From NCBI GenBank assembly GCA_023213395.1, contig CM041465.1:18724001-18788000 (forward strand): 64,000 nucleotides of DNA. Reading direction: 5' to 3'. Origin of the DNA: Cycas panzhihuaensis (taxonomy: Eukaryota; Plantae; Cycadophyta). Under the pieces are notes generated by a model, which was not told the origin of the DNA, made no database searches, and was given only the letters and a program-made list of their open reading frames with translations. Below, one piece after another: positions 28,461-41,148 of this stretch; position 1 is the stretch's first letter; each line of letters opens with the position of its first letter. Made by a program: the position numbers and the translations under genes.

Positions 28461-28556
28461 TCCATTATTACCCATTCTAATTGAGGTAAAGAAAATTGTG
28501 TTCAATCCTAAGGAAGGAGGGTCTTGGTTAAATTTAGGGCTTATGTATTGAAAGAG

Positions 28557-31265
28557 CTCTTAGCACAATATGATTATACTTGGCAGATGAAATTCTATTT
28601 AATATCGTAGGGGGGTAGATAGCAGTAGGATTATGGACCTAGTTGGAAGGCTTGTGTATGACCAAATCAATGATGAATTAGATCTACTTGAAGAGGCAAC
28701 TATACTCATTATGAATGAAGGAAGGTACAAAAATTATTGACTGTTTAAATTATTTCAATACTCTTATTTATTAATTGGCTAGTATTAATGTCACAATTGA
28801 GGATGAGGATAAGGCTATTACCTTGTTATGTTCATTACCAGAATCCTACGATAATATTGTCACCTTAATTAGTTTTAGCACTACAAATGAATTAGACTAT
28901 GATTCTGTTGTGAGTGCTTTGTTGATAGAAGAAGTGAGGAGAAAGTGTAGTCTTGAAGGGGTATGACAATTAAGAGAGGACAAAGCTCTAGGTATACATC
29001 GAGGTCAAAGTCAAAAGGCAAGAACAGTAAGCTCAGATGTTGGTACTGTAATAAGATATATCACCTCAAGAAGGATTGCTACAAAAGGAAGGAGTTCCAG
29101 AAAAAGGAAGATCCTACCAAGGAGATTAATTAGGTGGAGTCGAATTAAGGTACAAATGATGATGTCTTGATTACTTATAATGTTTCCCATTATCACCATG
29201 ATTGGTTATTAGATTTGGGTGCTTCACACCATATGTATCCACACAATAGTTGGTTCTTATCATACCAACCTCTTGATGGTGGTAATGTGCTTATGGGAAA
29301 TGAAGTTTCTTATAAGACAGTAGGCATTGGTAGCACTAGAATTAAAATGTTCGATGGTGTAGTGAGAATATTGACTGAAGTTAGACATGTACTTGATCTA
29401 AAATAGAATCTAATTTCCTTGTGTATCAATCATACAATTATAACATCAAAGACTGCGGAAGATCTAGCTCAGTTATGGCATCATAGACTTGGGCACATGA
29501 GTGAGAGAGGACTTAAGGTGTTGATGAACAATAAGTTACTTCCTAACTTACAACTTTATATTTAGCTTTTTGCAAACATTGTATTTTTGGAAAGCAATGT
29601 AGACTCAGGTTTAAAGTAGGGAGTCACATTAGTAAAGGCATTCTGGATTATGTATATTCAGATGTGTGGGGACCAACCCCTACAATATCTTATAGAGGAT
29701 TATTGTACTTTGTTATATTTATATATGATTACTCCAGAAAAGTATGGGTCTATTTTTAAAAAAGGAAATCTGAAGTTTTTAGTGTGTTTAAGTAATTCAA
29801 GGCTCTAGATGAGAAGAGCACTGGAAATTTAATCATATGTTTAAGAACTAAAAATGGAGGTAAGTTTAACTCCTTGGAGTTTGAGAACTATTGCAGAGAA
29901 GCTAAGATTGAAAGACATAAGACTACTAGCTATACTCTGCAGTAGAATGACATAGTTGAGCACATGAATAGGACACTCTTGAAAAGAGTAAGAAGCATGC
30001 TAAATAATATAGGAGTGGAGCAGGGCTTATGGATAGAAGCTATTCAAATAACTTGCTATTTGGTAAATAAGTCACCATCATTTGCAATAGATTGCAAGAT
30101 TCTTGAAGAGGTATGGATTGGATATCTATGTGACTATTCAAACTTGAAAGTTTTTGGTTATGATGCTTATGCCTTGATTAATAAAAGTCAACATTCAAAG
30201 TTAGACCCAAAACCTGAGAGATATATCTTTGTTGGTTATGGTGATAGAGATGGTATGAAGGGATACAAGTTATGGGATCCTACTGCCCACAAAATCACTA
30301 TTAACAGAGATGTTATATTTGATGAATCTCCATTTCTAAAATCAGACAGTGTAGAAGTTGAAGTGAAATAGGAGCAAAAAGTTGAACATCAACATGACAA
30401 GTTTGAAACCCAACCATCTTTGGAAATATAAGAGCAGGAAGATCTTTTTGAAGATGAATCTACAACAAATTTATAGGAGTATGTAGATACTCCTCCACCA
30501 ACTGTTAGAAGATATACAAGAGTTAGTCATCCACTTGACAAGTACAACCCTTTTATTTCTATTACTTTGGTTTCTAATAATGGTGAGCCTATATGCTATC
30601 AGGAAGCAGTAGATGATATCAATAGTGAGAAGTGGAAGAGGGCTATGTAGGAAGAGATTGATGATTTGAAGAAAAATAATTCATGGGACTTGGTAGAACT
30701 TCCACATGGTAGGAAGACTATTGGTTGTAGGTGGGTTTTCAAGAAGAAAATAAATGCTAATGGAAAGGTTGATAAATACAGGGTAAGACTGGTGGCTAAA
30801 GGATTTACACAAAAAGTAGGTATTGATTTTCATGAGATCTTTTCACCAATTATTAAACTTGTTTCAATTTGAGTTTTATTAGAATTGGTAGTTTCTTTTA
30901 ATTTAGAGTTGGAGCAATTAGATGTAAAAATAACTTTTCTACATGGATATTTAGATGAGGAGATCTATATGGATCAACCATAAGGGTTTGTACAGGATGG
31001 CAGGAAAAGACTTATTTACAGGCTTAGGAAATCATTGTATGGCCTAAAGTAATCGCCTAGGCAATGGTCCAAGAAGTTTGATGCCTTCATGAAGAGCCAA
31101 AATTTCAAAAGAAGTGAGTATGATCATTGTGTTTACATTAAATTATTAGACAATATCTTATTCATTATCTTGGTATTGTATGTTGATGACATGCTAGTTG
31201 CAAGCAAGAGCATGGTAGAAATCAATAAGTTAAAGGGTCAATTGGCTAAGACTTTTGATATGAAG
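28557..31265 (+). pseudogene. Copia A gag-pol, 5' part (gag, protease, integrase, RT N-terminus)
   Basis: ALSTI*LYLADEILFNIV...IYLKRQLYSL (gag), LWHHRLGHMSERGL, YVYSDVWGP, RLVAKGFTQKVGIDF, LVLYVDDML; many stops. Confidence 0.93.
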
Positions 31266-31694
31266 TGTTAGATTGTATAATGTAAACTTGTGTTTATTTA
31301 TGTCACATGTCTAAAATATAATTTAAGTGATTATAAAGTTTTTAACTTAGGTTTATTTATTTAATTTATGGAAGGTTGTTGAAATTGCGAAACTGCATTT
31401 TAACAAACCTCCATAGTATTTAATCATCTCCTAGATTCATGGAGATAGTTCCAGGAATCTAGGAGGGCTATCTTTATGCCTTTTTCAAAGGCTGGTTTGG
31501 TTTGTAGGTGGTTTTACTACATAGTTTTTGTTCAGCATTTTTATTAATAAAATTAGAATATTTAAGAGGTGGTTTTTCTTCCCCAGAAGGGGTTTTCTAC
31601 CTGTCAATCTTGTGTGCATGTGTAATGTCAAATTTTCCTATGATTTTATTTTTTTATGTGATCTTGTGATGTTGTGCATGTGCCTATTCCATCA
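31266..31694 (+). repeat. Copia B 5' LTR
   Basis: TGTTAGATTG...TTCCATCA; about 30 mismatches versus the 3' LTR by manual count. Confidence 0.97.
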
Positions 31695-31842
31695 TGGTAT
31701 CAGAGCTTTTCATATATTCATTTAATTTTTTGCATTAATGCATTACCAACCAATATATTTTCATTTTTTTTTCACAACAAAACCCAATTTTTTTTAACAT
31801 GGGCCACAGTGATCATTCATACAAAATTTTGCAATTTTTTTT

Positions 31843-32080
31843 TACATAAAAACTGCCATTAAGGCAGAACTTTTTCCATTCATTAGCTCTTTACATAAAA
31901 ACTGCCATTAAGGTAGAGCTTTTTCCATACATCAGTCTTTTACATAGAAACTACCAGAGATATTTTTTTTATTTATTTACACTAAATTCTTATACAAAAA
32001 CTGCCATCAAGGCAGAGCCGTACATAAAAACTGCCATCAAGGTAGAGACGTACACAAAAATTGCCAGCAAGGCAGAGCCG
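31843..32080 (+). repeat. tandem repeat (49-bp then 30-bp period) with CTGCC/GGCAG hairpin core
   Basis: TACATAAAAACTGCCAT(T/C)AAGGCAGAG at 31843, 31892, 31941 (partial), 31991, 32021 and 32051. Confidence 0.9.
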
Positions 32081-32497
32081 CATGCCAGGAAAATTAAGCA
32101 AAAGAGAGAATGTAGAACCAGTTATTTCATGCCTAAGAACATAACCCTAGGGTAGGTAATCCTTCCAGTGAAACAAGGTCTTTCTCGTGAAGCTGGAGGG
32201 TTTGAGCCAACACAAAAGAACCTGTGATTTCCTCGCTTCTGTCCTTGCCTCCGTCCATGCTTGAAGAAGCTGCCATGATGCACTGAATAGAGAACTGATG
32301 CCAAGCCATTAAGGAGACAGAATTAAAAGTCTTGGACATTCCAACGGGTTAATCTCAAAAACAGACAAAGTTGGCCTTCAAGAAGAAACATAGATAGAAA
32401 GTGAGTGAATCAAATAGGAAATCTGATGGCTCTACACCTAAGACTTTGATGCCATTGAAACCAAGAACACAGACTGCAACACTTGGTGAAGAAATAG

Positions 32498-32606
32498 AGG
32501 AGCAATCCAGAGCCTGCCAGTGCAAAGCCGTTGAGAAGACTAAGAGCAATCCAGAGCCTGCTAGTACGAAGCTGTTGAGAACACTAGGAGCAATCCAGAG
32601 CCTGCA
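32498..32606 (+). repeat. three-copy ~45-bp-period repeat
   Basis: A(G/A)GAGCAATCCAGAGCCTGC at 32498, 32542 and 32587. Confidence 0.85.
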
Positions 32607-33068
32607 CGAAGCCTTTGTCCTCACACCTCCGTCGCATCCTCAAAAACCTACAAGCAAGCAAAGTTCATCGCTGCCATGAAAAGGAAATGAGGTAGGGTTT
32701 CTACCTTTCCCCCCCTGAACCTCAAAACTACCTTAATTTTTATTTTATGGTTTAAACCCTATAAACTCATCGGGTCCACGTCCTTTTTCTATTTTATTTT
32801 AATTTGTTTTTTATTTTAATGAATCTACCCTCCCTCCCCTCCCCCCCCTTTTAACTTTATAAAATATATCCTTTATTTTTTATTTAATTGAATCTTAACC
32901 ACCCCCCCCCCCCTTAACTTTATAAAAAATAGTCTTTATTTTTTTATTCAATTGAATCAAAAGCCCCCTCCTTATATTTTGTTAATTTTAAATAAATCAA
33001 AACTCCCCCCTCTAAACCTTAATTACTCCTTGGTTTTTTTAATCAATCTTTATTTTTTAAACCTTTAC

Positions 33069-33550
33069 ACTTTGATTTTAATCAAAGTCCTCCCCCCCCC
33101 CCCCCCCCTTCTAAACTTTATAAAACCCTTTTATTCTTAATCTAAATCAAACTTGATGTCAACTATTATATCTTAAATACTTTGATTTCAATCAAAGTCC
33201 CATCCCTCTTCTTAAATTTTATAATTACCTTTCAATTCTTTTTTATTCAAATGAATCAATGATGAAAACTTTATTTTAATCTTAATACTTTGATGTAAAT
33301 CAAAGTTTCCCCCTGTCAAAGTTAACACTTTGATTTAAATCAAAAGTTCCTCCTATATTAATACTTTAAGCCCCCCACCCCCTCACATTGTATTTTATAC
33401 TTTGATTTAATTAAAACCCCCCACTTTACCTTGACTTAATATCAAAATTTCTCCTTATTGATTTAAATTAAAGTTCATCCCATTATCCTTTATCTTTTTA
33501 AGTTAAATCAAACCCCCCACATTATATACCTTGATTTAAAGCAAATGTCT
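33069..33550. repeat. array of 20-bp palindromes ACTTTGATTTAAATCAAAGT interspersed with C-tracts
   Basis: Near-perfect copies at 33069, 33179, 33287 and 33327; degenerate copies at 33399, 33428, 33457 and 33528. Confidence 0.8.
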
Positions 33551-34264
33551 CCCCCCCTTCACATTTAATTCTATACTTTGACATTCCCTTCCCTTAAATT
33601 AAAAATAAATAAATAAACTTTAAAACCTCTCCTATATTACCTTATTAAAATAACTCTCATACCCCCTTTGTTTTAATACAAACATTTTATTAACAAAATC
33701 CTACTCTTTTAAGTTTTCTTCTTATAAGGTATATATAAACCTTATTTCCTTATTATTATTATCCTTCAATATATTTTAACGATTAAATTTAATTTTTTTT
33801 TTTAAAATATAGTTAATCCTAGGTAAATCTAATTAATCCTTTACCATTACATCTTTTAATTTTCTTTCAACACTTAATCTATAAGATTCAAACTTAATTC
33901 TTAACATTATACACTTTTGTTTATAAAAAGATAAACAAAATACCTAGTTTTTAAAATCACTTACTTCATTAAGAAAATTGTTTAATTTTTTCTAAAAGAG
34001 AATTCTTATTTTAAGGAGGTCAGTTTATTTTTCTAAAGGGATTTTTTTCCTAAGGGGGACTTTTTTTTTAAAGAAAACTTTTTTCAAAAATAACTGCTTA
34101 AATTGTTGTTTGTTTCTATTTAAAAACACATGATCTTTTTATCTTAGAATCAATTTATACAAATTAAGATATCTTTGTGAAGATTAGTGTTTTTCATTAG
34201 GTAATTATTTTTCAAGTCACCTTCATAATTTTTTAATCTTAAAATACACCTCAACACTCCCAAT

Positions 34265-37200
34265 ATGGCATTAATGCCAGGGACAATTACCTGTGTTCCA
34301 ATTCCAGTGTTAATCGGCTCAAACTATGCCGACTGGAGGAATCGCATATCCCATCAGCTTAAACAACAAAAAGTATGGCGATATGTAACAGGTGAATTCC
34401 AAAAACCAAAAGCAGATGCTACTGAGAATCTTATGGTATATCTGATAAACTCGGATGTCGATTAGGCACCATATTAAATTCTCTTACCGTAAATCACCAA
34501 GAGTTTTCGAAAAGATGACTTAGCCACTGCCTGGAAAACCTTGGAAGAAAAATACAACAAGGTTGATACACATCAAGTAGCTATCCTAGAAGAACAATTA
34601 TATAACCTGACTTTTGACGACTTTACAAATGTTGAGGATTTTTTAACAAAAATTCAATCAATCAATAAAGATCTAGATAACTGCATTAAATCAAAAACCA
34701 AAGAAGGTGATATAGAAAAAATAACTATGCATGTCAAAGACGATGACACACTCATACGTCTTGCAGTTAATAAATTACCAAAATGCTTCAATCTTTACCA
34801 AGCTACTAGACAACAAGCTGGCAATCCACCTATCACATTTAATTAGCTGACAAATCAGTTGATTGAATATCAAACAATGTTAATCAGAACAGGTGCAATA
34901 AAAGATCATTCACAGGCTTTGTTTTCTAAAACTAAGCCACAATTTAAAAACAAACAACAGAATAATAACTTTCATAATAACAATCAAAAATTCCAGAAAC
35001 CTCATCGAGGTTCACCATCTAATTCTCACAATAATGTTAAATATTCTGGTCCAACTAAAAACCAGAATACTTCCAATCAATTTGTTTCTAACAGAAACAA
35101 TGCATCTTCTTCTGAGAACTCTAGTTGTGCCTACTATCATAAAAGAGGCCATACTATTGATATCTGTAGAAGTAGAATAACCTTAGAAGCATGGAAAGCT
35201 TCCAAGGGATTGCAACATAAATCGTAATCCCATTCTCAATCTCATTTCTAATCAAACTCACAATCACGACAATAAAACCGTCAATTTCATAATCATTCCT
35301 TAGCAGTAACAACTTCTACGTTTGTTGCTCCTTCCAACCAACCATCACAATGGATTCTTAACTCTGGTGCATCCCATCATATAACTAGACACCAGAAAAA
35401 CTTAACCACCTATCAATCTGAAACAAACTTTGAAGAAGAGATTTCGTTTGGTAGTGGTAATCAACTCAAAGTTAAAGGATCTAGTGATGTTACCCTGAAG
35501 GATGGTTCAATCAAGAATGTTTTTTACGTACCTGGTTTGTTACCAAATCTTCTCTTGGTATATCAAATTTGTCAAAAAGACCTTGTTGTCAAATTCTGGA
35601 AAAATAAATTTATCATTAAAGATCCATTACACAAATTCAAATGTATTGCTTCAGGACCTATTGATCATAACACAGGTCTCTATAGCATGACTAGTTTTTA
35701 AAATAATAAATCAAAATCATTTAGTGCCTTCGTTGCCAAATCTGACTCAGTTAGTAAACTTTGGTATGCGAGATTTAGCCATACTAGCCATGGCAAATTG
35801 TAATATTTAATCAAGCATGAAATGGTCCACGGTTTACCGCCATTAAACACTGTTTACGGTGTTTGTGAAGCCTGTGTGACAGGCAAACAACACATGGATC
35901 CATTTCCATATAAAACTCAATACCGAGCAACTGCTCCATTAGAACTGTCCACTCTAATATATGTGGACCTTTTCATATACCATCATACTCAGGATCTTGT
36001 TATTTTGTTACATTTATTGATGATTATTCAATAAAATATTAGGTTTATATGCTCAAAACATGCAGTCAAGTATTCGACATTTTCATTGAATATAAAACAT
36101 TAGTAGAAAATCAATCCAATTCAAGGATCAAAATATTCCAATCTGATAATGCTAAGGAATATTTAAGTAAAAATTTCACCTCTTTCTGTAAATCACATGG
36201 AATTAAATTCCAACATTCAGTTGCATACACGTCTCAACAAAATGGTGTTGCTGAATGCAAAAACCATACTCTTGTCGAAATGACTCATTGCATGTTACAT
36301 GCAAAGAATCTTGATCTAAAACTATGGGCAGAAGTAATTAACTGCTCTAATTACTTATTAAATCGTTTACCTAGTAAAAGTTTATAAAATGTCACTCCAG
36401 AACAAAAATGGTCTAGAAGAAAACCATCTGTCCAATACTTACGAATCTTTAGTAGTATTGTGTGGGGATATATTCCTCATGAAAGACATAAAAAGTTAGA
36501 TAAAAAAAGTCAAAAATACATCTTCGCTGGCTACAGTGAAGAGAGTAAAGCCTATAGACTTTTAGATCTAGTTACGCATAATATTTCTATTTTGCGTGAT
36601 GTAGTATTTGATGAAGAAGGATCTACTTCAACATCTACTTATGTAGAACTTCCTGTTGAAGACTTGTTAACCAACACTCATTTGGTTGATGATTCTGAAA
36701 AGTAAGTTGATTCAGAAATCATAGGTTCTTTATCAACTCAAGTCCAAAATTGGACCTTATCAGAACCAACTGATACAAATCCTTCTCTTCAAGCTAGCAC
36801 ATCGAATCAAGCTACAACCTCAGATCTAGTTACTCACAAGCAACCAGTTTGGGCAACCAAAATGCTTGTTGATGCTGGATCTAATGTAGGCAATCCTACT
36901 GATACTAGGCGCACACATGTGTAAAAACTTCATACAAATTTTTCTTTAATGGCAAAAATAATGGAAAACAATGATCCCAAAACTTTTAAACAAGCCAGTA
37001 ACAATCCTGTTTGGCAAGATGCTATGTAGACCGAATTTACTGCCTTAATTAAAAATTCTACCTGGGATCTTGTTCCACTTCCACCTGGAAAAAATGTAGT
37101 CGACTGTAAATGGGTTTATAGAACTAAATATAATTCAACAGGCGCAGTGGAAAAATATAAAGCTCACCTTATTGCCAAAGGATTTTCCCAAATAGATGGC

Positions 37201-38515
37201 ATTAACTATAATGAAACCTTTGCTCCTGTTGCAAAGATGAATACAATCAAGACAATCATTGCTCTTGCAGCCAAATTTGGTTAGGAAATCCACCAAATAG
37301 ATGTTAAGAATGCTTTATTGAATGGTGATCTTAAAGAAGAGATCTACATGTCACAGCCACCTAGATTAATTGAAAATCCTAATTTAGTCTGTAAACTTAA
37401 AAAATCCATTTATGGTTTAAAACAAGCTCATAGATCTTGGTATACCAAAGTCGATGATTACTTAATCCACATTAGATACACTAGATGTATTAGTGATCCA
37501 AATCTTTATTTTAAATGTGAAGATGAAAATCTTTCCATTCTATTCTTTATATTGATGACATTATTATCACCGGATCATTAACCCATAATATTCATCATCT
37601 CAAATCAACCTTAATGAACAAATTTGAAATGACAGATTTAGGTCTATTACATTACTTTGTAGGTTTACAAATTTATCAAAATCAATTAAATATATCACTA
37701 TCCCAACCTAAGTATATTCTCGATTTACTTCAAAGGTTTAACATGGAAAATGCTAAACCTGTATCCAATCCTTTATAATGAGGAGTTAAATTGACTACTG
37801 ATTGTTCAACTCCGTTATGTGATCCAACTCTCTATAGATAACTCATTGGTAGTCTAATTTATCTTACACACACCCGCCTTGACATTTCTTATGCTATTGC
37901 TTTATACTCCAGATACATGCAACAACCATATGAATCTCACTGGAAAGCAGCCAAACGAATCTTATGTTATCTAAAGAATACCGTATTTCATGGTTTAACT
38001 TATAACTTTTGTAATAAACCATTAACATTAACTGGATATATTGATTCGATCAAGGTGTGATTCAAATAATCGTAAATCTACTTCCGGTTATGTATTTTTT
38101 ATTGATTCCTCACATATTACTTGGTCAAGTAAAAAAATGTAGGCACTGGCGTTATCAACAACTGAAACTGAATATCGAGCTTTAGTCAAAGCTGGTAAAA
38201 AAGCACTTTGGCTAAAATCTCTACTCAATGAAATTGGTCTGACTCTAAACTCTTCAATTGAAATTAAAGTTGATAATCAAGGTGCAATTGCTATTGCTAC
38301 TAATCCTATTTTACATTCTAGAACTAAACATATAGAATTACATCAACATTTTATACGTAATCTCATTACTGATAATATTATTTATTTGTCTTATTGTCTA
38401 ATAGATTTACAGATTGCCGATATACTTACAAAGTCTCTAATTGAAGTGAAGTATTTACATCTCAGAGATCTATTAGAGATAAAAGAAGTCTCCATCAAAG
38501 GGGGATCATCGTGAT
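34265..38515 (+). pseudogene. Copia B gag-pol
   Basis: gag (PVLIGSNYADWRNR; zinc-knuckle remnant CAYYHKRGHTIDIC), protease (WILNSGASHHI), integrase (FQSDNAKEY, TSQQNGVAE), RT (NGDLKEEIYMSQP) and RNase H (RTKHIE, QIADILTK); disrupted by stops and frameshifts. Confidence 0.95.
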
Positions 38516-38562
38516 GAAGATCTTATTTTCTCTCTAGTACAAAAGTTTACATTAAAAGGGGA

Positions 38563-38989
38563 TGTTAGATTGTATAATGTAAACTTATGTTTATTTATGT
38601 CACATGTCTAAAATATAATTTAAGCGATTGTAAAGTTTTTTACTTAGGTTTATTTATTTAATTTGTGGAAGGTCATTGAAATTGTGAAACTACATTTCAA
38701 CGAACCTCCTTAGTATTTAATCATCTTCTAGATTCATGGAGATAGTTCCAGGAATCTATGAGGGTTGTGTTTATGCCTTTTTCAAAGGTTGGTTTGGTTT
38801 GTAGGTGGTTTTACTACATGGTTTTTGTTCGGCATTTTTATTAATAAAATTAGAATATTTAAGAGGTGGTTTTTCTTCCCCAGAAGGGGTTTTCCACTTG
38901 TCAATCCTGTGTGCGTGTGCAATATCAAATTTTCCTGTGATTTTTTTTTTATGTGATCCTATAATGTTGTACATGTGCCTATTCCATCA
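38563..38989 (+). repeat. Copia B 3' LTR
   Basis: Direct repeat of 31266-31694. Confidence 0.97.
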
Positions 38990-38994
38990 TGAAG

Positions 38995-39872
38995 GATCTA
39001 GGAGATGCAAAATAAATCTTAGGTATGGAGATACACAGAGACAGGAAAATGGTAAGCTATGGTTATCATAGTAGAAATGTGTGGAGAAGGTGTTAATCGG
39101 GTTTGGTATGGCAAATATGAAACTAATGAGTATCCCATTGGCTTCCCATTTCAAGCTTTCTTTGAGTATGAGTCCTAGTAATAAAGAAGAAAAGGATTAT
39201 ATGTCTCGTGTGCCTTATGCTAGTGGAGTAAGAAGTTTAACATATACCATATTATGTATAAGACCTAATATTTCATATGTAGTTGGTGTAGTTAGTAGGT
39301 TTATGGTAAATCCAAGAAAGGAACATTGGGCAGTAGTGAAATGGATGCTTCGGTATTTATAAGGCACAAGTGACTATTACACCACCTTTAGAGGTATAGG
39401 TAATCAGGTTTGTGGATATGTTAATTCAAACTCTACAGGAGATTTAGATAAGAGAAGGTTTACTTCAGGTTATGTATTCACAATTACAAATGGTCTAGTT
39501 AGTTGGATGTTAAAATTATAGAGCACAATTACATTATCAACTACAAAAATTGAATATATTACTACGACACATGCTTGTAAAGAAGCAATCTAGTTACAAG
39601 GTCTATTGGTTGAGCTTGGAAGGAAATAGAAAAAGGTAAAGGTATTTTGTGATAGTCAAAGCACCATTTACTTAGCAAAGGATCCAACTTATTATAGTAG
39701 GATAAAGCATATTACTCTTAAGTACCATTTTGTTATACATGTTATGGAAGTAGGTGAAGTGGCACTTGAGAAGGTTAACACAAAATAGAATTGTGATGAT
39801 ATGCTCATAAAACCAATACTATTAGAGAAGTTCAAATGGTGTTTGACTTCTCATGGTTTGTAGAAAAGGTGA
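38995..39872 (+). pseudogene. Copia A RT C-terminus and RNase H
   Basis: MSRVPYASGVRSLTYTILCIRPNISYVVGVVSRFM...EHWAVVKWMLRYL; DLDKRRFTSGY. Confidence 0.93.
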
Positions 39873-39920
39873 TGAATGGTCTAAGAAAGATATCAAGTAA
39901 ATTGTTGTCAAGGTGGAGAT

Positions 39921-40573
39921 TGTTAGATAATATGACAATATTTTAGAGGCTCAAATTTTGACAGGTTGGCAGCATGGTTTCTCTCCCAAACTTCCTCGGG
40001 GGATTCCAAGGGGGGCAGGAGACCCCCTTGGCTGGGGGGTGTGAGGGGGTTGAAATGCCTCTCGTAAAGAGAGGGTTCGAGGGCGATAGCCCTGACCTAA
40101 AAATCTAGCACTGAAAAGCATACTAAATTGTAAAGAGAATTAGGGTCGTTCACTAAAATTACCCTAGATTCTACAATCGAGATTTATGCCTTGTATAACT
40201 CTCTCATATAGCCCAATTTAGGGTGTTTTTTCATTATATTGATGATGTACGATGTATTTGGATGTACTGCAAAGAGTTAGTCAACTGGTTATTATTGTTG
40301 TGAGTATTCTGCTACAGATTGTGTACATTTCTCCATTCTTTAAAAATAAAGATCGATAACTTCCTGTGTGGATGTTTCCCTAGCACACTGCTAGGGTTTT
40401 ACCACGTTATATTAGGTATATATATGATGCTTAGCTTTCTTATTCATTTTATTATATTATCTCTAGTTTAAGAACTTGCATATCAAATTTCAGTTTCAGT
40501 TCCTGTAAGTAGTTGCAAAATAGTTTAGATCTTGGTGGTAGTTTTACGTTATTGGGACCTTATCTTCTCAACA
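39921..40573 (+). repeat. Copia A 3' LTR
   Basis: Direct repeat of 27871-28460; followed by TSD TCCAT. Confidence 0.95.
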
Positions 40574-40699
40574 TCCATTACTACCCATTCTAATTGGGGT
40601 AAAGAAAATTATATTCAATCCTAAGGAAAGAGGGTCTTGGTTAAATTTAGGGCTTAGGTATTGAAAGAGGGGCTTAAGCCATAGAACCTCTTTACTGCT

Positions 40700-41130
40700 T
40701 ATTTTATCTCATCATTAAAAATAACTTGAACCTTAGAATGAGGAGTGAGAGGGACAAGCTTCTCATATGACTGTGTAAAGTCTCTAATTATGGACAGATT
40801 TCAATTGACCCCATAAGGAAGATCAAACTACCCTTGTTTGGTGCAACCAATATCTTACCAAAAGGAGGTTATAATCCACATCAATATCCATAACTACAAT
40901 CTCAACATAGACTATCTTGTCTTTAAGGCCAACAGGAATCAAAATTTTTCCTAAGGGGGGTTTTCCATTTCTATCATACCATTGGGATTTCTAAAGAAAT
41001 GTCTCAAGGACCTTAATCCCTAATTCACCAAGAATTTAAGCTAGCATGACATTAATTGAGGAACCATTATTGATTATAGTCCCCTTTATACCAAAATTTA
41101 GCATCTTAATGGTGATGTTAAGGGGGAATG
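40700..41130 (-). pseudogene. Tat/Ogre aspartic protease remnant
   Basis: Minus strand gives PLNITIKMLNFGIKGTIINNGSSINVM, matching the L(I/V)DNGSSLN motif typical of Ogre/Tat proteases. Confidence 0.75.
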
Positions 41131-41148
41131 CCAATGATATTCCCTCTT

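Larger units (their letters stand above)
31266..38989 (+). mobile_element. Copia B: Ty1/Copia nested in the RT of Copia A
   Basis: LTRs 31266-31694 and 38563-38989. TSD TGAAG (31261-65 / 38990-94). Perfect PBS TGGTATCAGAGC at 31695. PPT at ~38551-62. Removing it restores TFDMK|DLGDAK of the Copia A RT. Confidence 0.97.
27871..40573 (+). mobile_element. Copia A: Tnt1/Tork-like Ty1/Copia, degenerate
   Basis: LTRs 27871-28460 and 39921-40573 (TG...CA). TSD TCCAT (27866-70 / 40574-78). PPT AAGGTGGAGAT. gag (EDEDKAITLLCSLPESY), protease (WLLDLGASHHM), integrase (29964-30371), RT (30666-31265 continuing 38995-39362) and RNase H to ~39870. Confidence 0.95.

Noticed and set aside
31528-31862. Short ORFs in Copia B LTRs (also 38765-39071) and in the Copia C LTR (41196-41546)
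   Set aside because: Chance ORFs in LTR sequence with no protein motifs.
31843-32080. CRISPR-like palindromic repeats
   Set aside because: Spacers are absent or repeated rather than unique, the context is a eukaryotic LTR leader, and there are no cas genes.
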